DNA of 64,000 bases from Auanema rhodensis (Eukaryota; Animalia; Nematoda), in assembly GCA_964057225.1 (NCBI GenBank), contig OZ059898.1, positions 1,426,001 to 1,490,000 of the forward strand, given 5' to 3'. Shown in pieces: positions 56,932 to 64,000 of the stretch. Each line of letters starts with the position of its first letter. The stretch's first letter is position 1. The translations under genes and the position numbers were made by a program. The notes below the pieces were generated by a model. It ran no database searches and was not told where the DNA came from. It saw nothing but the letters and a program-made list of their open reading frames with translations.

Positions 56932-59408
56932 GTGGACGCGAACAGGTCTATTTTGGGTTCACCCCATTTGGAAAATATTGATCTAGTGATCTCCGGATGG
57001 AGCGACCAGTCTTCCTTCAAAATTCTGCCGCGGGACAGGCAGTCGGCAGCCGTATTGACTTTTCCCGCTATATGCGATGCTCTGATTCTGAGCTTACGGG
57101 TATCGGCAAATTGCCATAACTCCAGTGCTAATCTAGTGCCCTTCTGGGATTGACTCCCGCCCCTACGGTTGATGTAGGCAATGGCAGAAGTATTATCTAA
57201 GAGTAAGAGAACGTCGAGATTGCGCCAAGTCTTGCCGAACTCTGTTAGACCCTTCTTTGCTGCAATCAGCTCCAGCCAGTTTATATGGTAGTTAATGCGT
57301 TCTGCCTCGGACCAAGATCCTGACAAGGTATTACCTTCCCACGAAGCGCCAAAACCCTCCAGGGAGGCATCTGAGGTAATGGAGTATCGGGGAGAAAAGA
57401 GCGTGAACGAGGATACTTCTGATAGGCGGGGAACGTCCTTGGTTCGAAGATCCTCCAGGATCTTTCTTAACGATCGATCTATTCTTAGAATCTGAGGGAA
57501 GGCATTGGGATCATTTACGTTCGTAATTCCTTTAAGCCGTAGGAGGAAGTGCAGTTCACGGTTTCTGAAGGAGAGGTTAGGTGCTACCAGAGACGCAAAG
57601 TTCAATTTTCCCATTAGCGAGGCTAATGCTCTTATACTCAGCTCTGATTGAGCTGTTAAACGAGTGAGAGACTCGAGCAAACCCTTTTTCTTGGCCTTTG
57701 GGAGAGACCAGCTCATCGATCTTGAATTCAGCTGAATACCAAGAAATTCTATTTCTTGTGTGGGTATCATAATTGATTTATCCCAGTTTATCGTAAAACC
57801 CGCGCGATCAAAAGTAATTAGAATCTCTGTTAGTTGGGACCTGAGACAATCAGGATCCTCCGAGATGAACAGCCAGTCATCTAAGTAGTTGATGAGATTG
57901 ATCCCTTTACCCCGAAAATGGGATACCAGAACACGCATTAGCTTATGGAATATGTAGGGGGCGGAGCTCAGCCCAAAAGGGAGTGCTCTAAATAGGAAAG
58001 TGCGCCCCTCTGCTGTGAAAGCTAGGAAGGGTTGATCCTTCGGGTCGATACTAATCGCGTGGTAGGCTGAATGGAAATCGATTTTGATCATGAAATTATC
58101 CTGTCGTAGGAGCGACGGGATGTCCCGAAGGGATTCTAGCTTGAACTTGGGTACTCGAAGAAAAGTGTTCAGGCGCTTTAAATTGAGGATGAAACGGGCC
58201 GTGCCGTCCGCCTTGGGAACGTGGAAGGTCGGGGATATGAAAACCTTCTCCCTCGGGGCGGCCTCTCGAATGGCGCCAGTGTACAGCAGTTCCTGGATAT
58301 CCGACCTGGGTTGCTCCGGCAAGGTAGAGCAGATGGGTGGCAGCGATAAAGGTGGAGGTGTGCGGGCAAAGGGGATACTATAGCCCTGAACCGCGTTAAG
58401 GATCTCCTTGTCCCTGGAGATGGACGCCCAAAAGGTTGTGGTGGAGGATACCCGGCATGCGAAAGGAAAAGTGACTAACCTCTTTCTCTGGTTAGTAGCG
58501 AACGTTGAGAAGGTAGCTTGTCTCTTGGGAGCTGAGCGTGGCCGTTGGGCATCATTCCTGCGAGGAGTTGTTCTGGAGCTTCTGGACAGTTCGGAGTACG
58601 ACGATAGTTCTGCTCTGAGCTTCTTGCCAAACAGTTCGGGTGCCGAATCCTCTGGAGCGTTGTCTACCGGGATCACGGTTCCATAGATGGGAGACTTCTT
58701 GAAGCTAGGCATGGCTCGGTAGGGTTGAGAGATCTTCATCTTGGTTACAGCACACTCTCGCAAGTTGGTGCAGTGGGTCTTGATGTTAGCGCTGAGGAAG
58801 CGCTCCACTATGGCAAAGTATGCCTCCTGTTTTGTTGACAGACGAGAGTCCCTATCTATCCTGCCCAGCTTGCGAATTATCTTGATGTTAGAAAGAACGA
58901 TTAGATCATTCTCGTATGCCGTGCGTATCTCAGCTTCGGACAGACGGATAGTGGGCTTGATGTTATTGTCCACGTGAGTAGTGTAGCGGTCGTCCAAGAC
59001 CGGTAGTCGAGCGAACGGTGAGTCGATATTAGGGAGTTCCGAGATGAGCTCAGCTCTCTCGGTCGAGGACATGAGCAGTCCCGAGGCGAGTCTCTCGAAA
59101 TCAGCAGTCTCGGAGGAAGATAGGCGAACGAGTGGCCTAGATCTGGGTCCGTGTGCCTCCGGTGGCATGGGGACCGTTTCGTCTTCGTCGTCCTCTGAAT
59201 AGAGGTCCTCTTTCTCGGGCTGGTCCGAGTTCGGAGGTGGTGGGGAAGGAGCTTCTACCCTTCTCCTCTCGACGTGTTGACGGTCGGTGGAGATAGACGT
59301 TGGAGATGTTGAGCGTGACGATCTCGAAGAAGAAGAGCTGAAGGCTCGTACTCTTCTCGGAGAAGTTTCAGTCGGGGCTTGTCCCTGACGAGTGTGGCTT
59401 GGAGCCAT
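56586..59408 (-). CDS. DIRS polyprotein, 940 aa: putative Gag-like N-terminus (about aa 1-310), reverse transcriptase, RNase H and N6-adenine methyltransferase-like domain
   Basis: RT motifs: FISPTFHVPKADGTARFILNLKRLN, KIDFHSAY, LPFGLSSAPYIF, YLDD (57876-57887), IEFLG. RNase H motifs: TSDASLEGFGA, HINWLEL, LLLDNTSAIAYINRRGG, HIAGKVNTAADCLSR. MT-like motifs: IDLFAS, YVFPPF (FPPF at 56808-56819), IAPFWKSQMWFP. The ATG lies 31 nt inside the 5' ITR in a ccATGG context. The Gag assignment is positional only. Confidence 0.95.
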   Translation of the reverse strand: MAPSHTRQGQAPTETSPRRVRAFSSSSSRSSRSTSPTSISTDRQHVERRRVEAPSPPPPNSDQPEKEDLYSEDDEDETVPMPPEAHGPRSRPLVRLSSSETADFERLASGLLMSSTERAELISELPNIDSPFARLPVLDDRYTTHVDNNIKPTIRLSEAEIRTAYENDLIVLSNIKIIRKLGRIDRDSRLSTKQEAYFAIVERFLSANIKTHCTNLRECAVTKMKISQPYRAMPSFKKSPIYGTVIPVDNAPEDSAPELFGKKLRAELSSYSELSRSSRTTPRRNDAQRPRSAPKRQATFSTFATNQRKRLVTFPFACRVSSTTTFWASISRDKEILNAVQGYSIPFARTPPPLSLPPICSTLPEQPRSDIQELLYTGAIREAAPREKVFISPTFHVPKADGTARFILNLKRLNTFLRVPKFKLESLRDIPSLLRQDNFMIKIDFHSAYHAISIDPKDQPFLAFTAEGRTFLFRALPFGLSSAPYIFHKLMRVLVSHFRGKGINLINYLDDWLFISEDPDCLRSQLTEILITFDRAGFTINWDKSIMIPTQEIEFLGIQLNSRSMSWSLPKAKKKGLLESLTRLTAQSELSIRALASLMGKLNFASLVAPNLSFRNRELHFLLRLKGITNVNDPNAFPQILRIDRSLRKILEDLRTKDVPRLSEVSSFTLFSPRYSITSDASLEGFGASWEGNTLSGSWSEAERINYHINWLELIAAKKGLTEFGKTWRNLDVLLLLDNTSAIAYINRRGGSQSQKGTRLALELWQFADTRKLRIRASHIAGKVNTAADCLSRGRILKEDWSLHPEITRSIFSKWGEPKIDLFASTWNAKCALFYSFFPDCAALGVNALLFNWQQLPDGLLYVFPPFHLLHKTLGKLASSQRSAIVIAPFWKSQMWFPLLQERSKEPPLLLQHPNLLSDREGNPHPLLQSPNFQLAAWKI

Positions 59409-59439
59409 GGACGATCGTATGTGAGGCTCAACGAAAAAA

Positions 59440-59586
59440 CTGGAATGAATAGGGACGATCGCTTACTCTCACTGTTTCCCGCCCAAAGAAACGTGGGAAA
59501 GGGAACCTGAGAGATAATTTGAATTTTTTTTTGTTTGTTTTATGTGAGGACCTATTACGAAATAAAGCATTTCGAATAAATATAAT
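59440..59586 (-). repeat. DIRS left (5') inverted terminal repeat, 147 bp
   Basis: It is the reverse complement of 55195-55342 apart from two substitutions near the inner edge and a 9 vs 10 nt A/T run. It begins ATTATATTTATTCGAAATGC on the element strand. Confidence 0.95.
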
Positions 59587-62500
59587 TTTTGTCAAAATGT
59601 TTTTGGAAGCAATGTTGAGTGTACATGGAAACTCAACATACACTAATGCATCATTTTTCAAACGACCATAACTAATTTTTGTATTAAGCGTTTCTCAATG
59701 TAGTATAGTGCATTCGATGCGGATTTTTAAGCTGCGTCGATCTGTGTTATTAGATTTGCGCTAGCTTAAAAATGCACCGAGATATCAACTGATATAAGTT
59801 CACACTTATATCCTCGATTTTCACCCTGAAGAATTAATTTTTTCGTTGAATAACATTGTCCATCGTCTTTGCCTTGAAAAAAGGAAACTAAAAACATCTA
59901 CTTTTTGCCAAATTATTTTGAAATTTTTCGAAAAAATTTTTGTCAAAATGTTTTTGGAAGCAATGTTGAGTGTACATGGAAACTCAACATACACTAATGC
60001 ATCATTTTTCGAACGATCATAACTAATTTTTGTATTAAGCGTTTCTCAATGTAGTATAGTGCATTCGATGCGGATTTTTAAGCTGCGTCGATCTGTGTTA
60101 TCAGATTTGCGCTAGCTTGAAAATGCACCGAGATATCAACTGATATAAGTTCACACTTATATCCTCGATTTTCACCCTGAAGAATTAATTTTTTCGTTGA
60201 ATAACATTGTCCATCGTCTTTGCCTTGAAAAAAGGAATCTAAAAACATCTACTTTTTGCTAAATTATTTTGAAATTTTTCGAAAAAATTTTTGTCAAAAT
60301 GTTTTTGGAAGCAATGTTGAGTGTACATGGAAACTCAACATACACTAATGCATCATTTTTCAAACGATCATAACTAATTTTTGTATTAAGCGTTTCTCAG
60401 TGTAGTAGAGTGCATTCGATGCGGATTTTTAAGCTGCGTCGATCTGTGTTATCAGATTTGCGCTAGCTTAAAAATGCACCGAGATATCAACTGATATAAG
60501 TTCACACTTATATCCTCGATTTTCACCCTGAAGAATTAATTTTTTCGTTGAATAACATTGTCCATCGTCTTTGCCTTGAAAAAAGGAATCTAAAAACATC
60601 TACTTTTTGCTAAATTATTTTGAAATTTTTCGAAAAAAGTTTTGTCAAAATGTTTTTGGAAGCAATGTTGAGTGTACATGGAAACTCAACATCCACTAAT
60701 GCATCATTTTTCAAACGATCATAACTAATTTTTGTATTAAGCGTTTCTCAATGTAGTAGAGTGCATTCGATGCGGATTTTTAAGCTGCGTCGATCTGTGT
60801 TATCAGATTTGCGCTAGCTTAAAAATGCACCGAGATATCAACTGATATAAGTTCACACTTATATCCTCGATTTTCACCCTGAAGAATTAATTTTTTCGTT
60901 GAATAACATTGTCCATCGTCTTTGCCTTGAAAAAAGGAATCTAAAAACATCTACTTTTTGCTAAATTATTTTGAAATTTTTCGAAAAAATTTTTGTCAAA
61001 ATGTTTTTGGAAGCAATGTTGAGTGTACATGGAAACTCAACATACACTAATGCATCATTTTTCAAACGATCATAACTAATTTTTGTATTAAGCGTTTCTC
61101 AGTGTAGTAGAGTGCATTCGATGCGGATTTTTAAGCTGCGTCGATCTGTGTTATCAGATTTGCGCTAGCTTAAAAATGCACCGAGATATCAACTGATATA
61201 AGTTCACACTTATATCCTCGATTTTCACCCTGAAGAATTAATTTTTTCGTTGAATAACATTGTCCATCGTCTTTGCCTTGAAAAAAGGAATCTAAAAACA
61301 TCTACTTTTTGCTAAATTATTTTGAAATTTTTCGAAAAAATTTTTGTCAAAATGTTTTTGGAAGCAATGTTGAGTGTACATGGAAACTCAACATCCACTA
61401 ATGCATCATTTTTCAAACGATCATAACTAATTTCTGTATTAAGCGTTTCTCAATGTAGTAGAGTGCATTCGATGCGGATTTTTAAGCTGCGTCGATCTGT
61501 GTTATCAGATTTGCGCTAGCTTAAAAATGCACCGAGATATCAACTGATATAAGTTCACACTTATATCCTCGATTTTCACCCTGAAGAATTAATTTTTTCG
61601 TTGAATAACATTGTCCATCGTCTTTGCCTTGAAAAAAGGAATCTAAAAACATCTACTTTTTGCTAAATTATTTTGAAATTTTTTGAAAAAATTTTTGTCA
61701 AAATGTTTTTGGAAGCAATGTTGAGTATACATGGAAACTCAACATACACTAATGCATCATTTTTCAAACGATCATAACTAATTTTTGTATTGAGCGTTTC
61801 TCAATGTAGTATAGTGCATTCGATGCGGATTTTTAAGCTGCGTCGATCTGTGTTATTAGATTTGCGCTAGCTTAAAAATGCACCGAGATATCAACTGATA
61901 TAAGTTCACACTTATATCCTCGATTTTCACCCTGAAGAATTAATTTTTTCGTTGAATAACATTGTCCATCGTCTTTGCCTTGAAAAAAGGAATCTAAAAA
62001 CATCTACTTTTTGCTAAATTATTTTGAAATTTTTCGAAAAAATTTTTGTCAAAATGTTTTTGGAAGCAATGTTGAGTGTACATGGAAACTCAACATACAC
62101 TAATGCATCATTTTTCAAACGATCATAACTAATTTTTGTATTAAGCGTTTCTCAGTGTAGTAGAGTGCATTCGATGCGGATTTTTAAGCTGCGTCGATCT
62201 GTGTTATCAGATTTGCGCTAGCTTAAAAATGCACCGAGATATCAACTGATATAAGTTCACACTTATATCCTCGATTTTCACCCTGAAGAATTAATTTTTT
62301 CGTTGAATAACATTGTCCATCGTCTTTGCCTTGAAAAAAGGAATCTAAAAACATCTACTTTTTGCTAAATTATTTTGAAATTTTTCGAAAAAATTTTTGT
62401 CAAAATGTTTTTGGAAGCAATGTTGAGTGTACATGGAAACTCAACATCCACTAATGCATCATTTTTCAAACGATCATAACTAATTTTTGTATTAAGCGTT

Positions 62501-64000
62501 TCTCAATGTAGTAGAGTGCATTCGATGCGGATTTTTAAGCTGCGTCGATCTGTGTTATCAGATTTGCGCTAGCTTAAAAATGCACCGAGATATCAACTGA
62601 TATAAGTTCACACTTATATCCTCGATTTTCACCCTGAAGAATTAATTTTTTCGTTGAATAACATTGTCCATCGTCTTTGCCTTGAAAAAAGGAATCTAAA
62701 AACATCTACTTTTTGCTAAATTATTTTGAAATTTTTTGAAAAAATTTTTGTCAAAATGTTTTTGGAAGCAATGTTGAGTGTACATGGAAACTCAACATAC
62801 ACTAATGCATCATTTTTCAAACGATCATAACTAATTTTTGTATTAAGCGTTTCTCAATGTAGTATAGTGCATTCGATGCGGATTTTTAAGCTGCGTCGAT
62901 CTGTGTTATCAGATTTGCGCTAGCTTAAAAATGCACCGAGATATCAACTGATATAAGTTCACACTTATATCCTCGATTTTCACCCTGAAGAATTAATTTT
63001 TTCGTTGAATAACATTGTCCATCGTCTTTGCCTTGAAAAAAGGAATCTAAAAACATCTACTTTTTGCTAAATTATTTTGAAATTTTTCGAAAAAATTTTT
63101 GTCAAAATGTTTTTGGAAGCAATGTTGAGTGTACATGGAAACTCAACATCCACTAATGCATCATTTTTCAAACGATCATAACTAATTTTTGTATTAAGCG
63201 TTTCTCAATGTAGTAGAGTGCATTCGATGCGGATTTTTAAGCTGCGTCGATCTGTGTTATCAGATTTGCGCTAGCTTAAAAATGCACCGAGATATCAACT
63301 GATATAAGTTCACACTTATATCCTCGATTTTCACCCTGAAGAATTAATTTTTTCGTTGAATAACATTGTCCATCGTCTTTGCCTTGAAAAAAGGAATCTA
63401 AAAACATCTACTTTTTGCTAAATTATTTTGAAATTTTTTGAAAAAATTTTTGTCAAAATGTTTTTGGAAGCAATGTTGAGTGTACATGGAAACTCAACAT
63501 ACACTAATGCATCATTTTTCAAACGATCATAACTAATTTTTGTATTAAGCGTTTCTCAATGTAGTATAGTGCATTCGATGCGGATTTTTAAGCTGCGTCG
63601 ATCTGTGTTATCAGATTTGCGCTAGCTTAAAAATGCACCGAGATATCAACTGATATAAGTTCACACTTATATCCTCGATTTTCACCCTGAAGAATTAATT
63701 TTTTCGTTGAATAACATTGTCCATCGTCTTTGCCTTGAAAAAAGGAATCTAAAAACATCTACTTTTTGCTAAATTATTTTGAAATTTTTCGAAAAAATTT
63801 TTGTCAAAATGTTTTTGGAAGCAATGTTGAGTATACATGGAAACTCAACATACACTAATGCATCATTTTTCAAACGATCATAACTAATTTTTGTATTGAG
63901 CGTTTCTCAATGTAGTATAGTGCATTCGATGCGGATTTTTAAGCTGCGTCGATCTGTGTTATTAGATTTGCGCTAGCTTAAAAATGCACCGAGATATCAA
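59587..64000. repeat. Satellite DNA array, same 351-bp monomer, about 12.6 copies (right of the insertion; runs off the window end)
   Basis: The monomer resumes in exact register (ttttgtcaaaatgtttttggaagc) directly after the element end, in the same orientation as the left array. Confidence 0.99.

Larger units (their letters stand above)
55157..59586 (-). mobile_element. Full-length DIRS1-like tyrosine-recombinase retrotransposon (about 4.43 kb)
   Basis: It has an RT-RNase H-MT ORF plus an overlapping YR ORF, ITRs of 147/148 bp, a 35-bp right extension and an ICR complementary to both termini. NTT trinucleotides mark both ends (ATT at 59586-59584, CTT at 55159-55157 on the minus strand). No protease or DDE integrase motifs were seen. 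This is the defining DIRS1-like architecture. Confidence 0.97.

Noticed and set aside
55817-58977. Seven + strand ORFs of 66-99 aa and the short minus ORF 58178-58369 inside the element
   Set aside because: The + strand ORFs all sit in the same relative antisense frame of the pol or YR ORF, a typical shadow of coding sequence, and none shows a motif.
55157-59586. Alternative classification as prophage/integron, retron, LTR element, TIR DNA transposon, or Ngaro/PAT element
   Set aside because: RT-RNase H-MT plus YR with ITRs and an ICR is specific to DIRS1-like elements. There are no direct LTRs, split direct repeats, DDE transposase or conventional target-site duplication.

Overview
Eukaryotic satellite DNA. 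About 170 head-to-tail copies of an AT-rich 351-bp monomer (about 30% GC) fill 1-55159 and 59587-64000. One apparently intact 4.43-kb DIRS1-like tyrosine-recombinase retrotransposon interrupts the array (55157-59586, minus strand). The element has inverted terminal repeats, a right extension, an internal complementary region (ICR) reproducing the circle junction, NTT trinucleotide ends and no conventional target-site duplication. It carries one uninterrupted 940-aa Gag-like/RT/RNase H/methyltransferase-like ORF and an overlapping 422-aa tyrosine recombinase (YR) ORF with all catalytic residues. The most notable points are the in-frame Gag-Pol fusion, candidate splice signals that could yield Gag or Gag-YR, and the insertion into a palindrome of the satellite. 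The monomer is packed with dyad symmetries, and the array shows local multi-monomer duplications and zones of shared variants. The host species and any centromeric role cannot be determined from this window. Variant tallies were made by eye and are not exhaustive.
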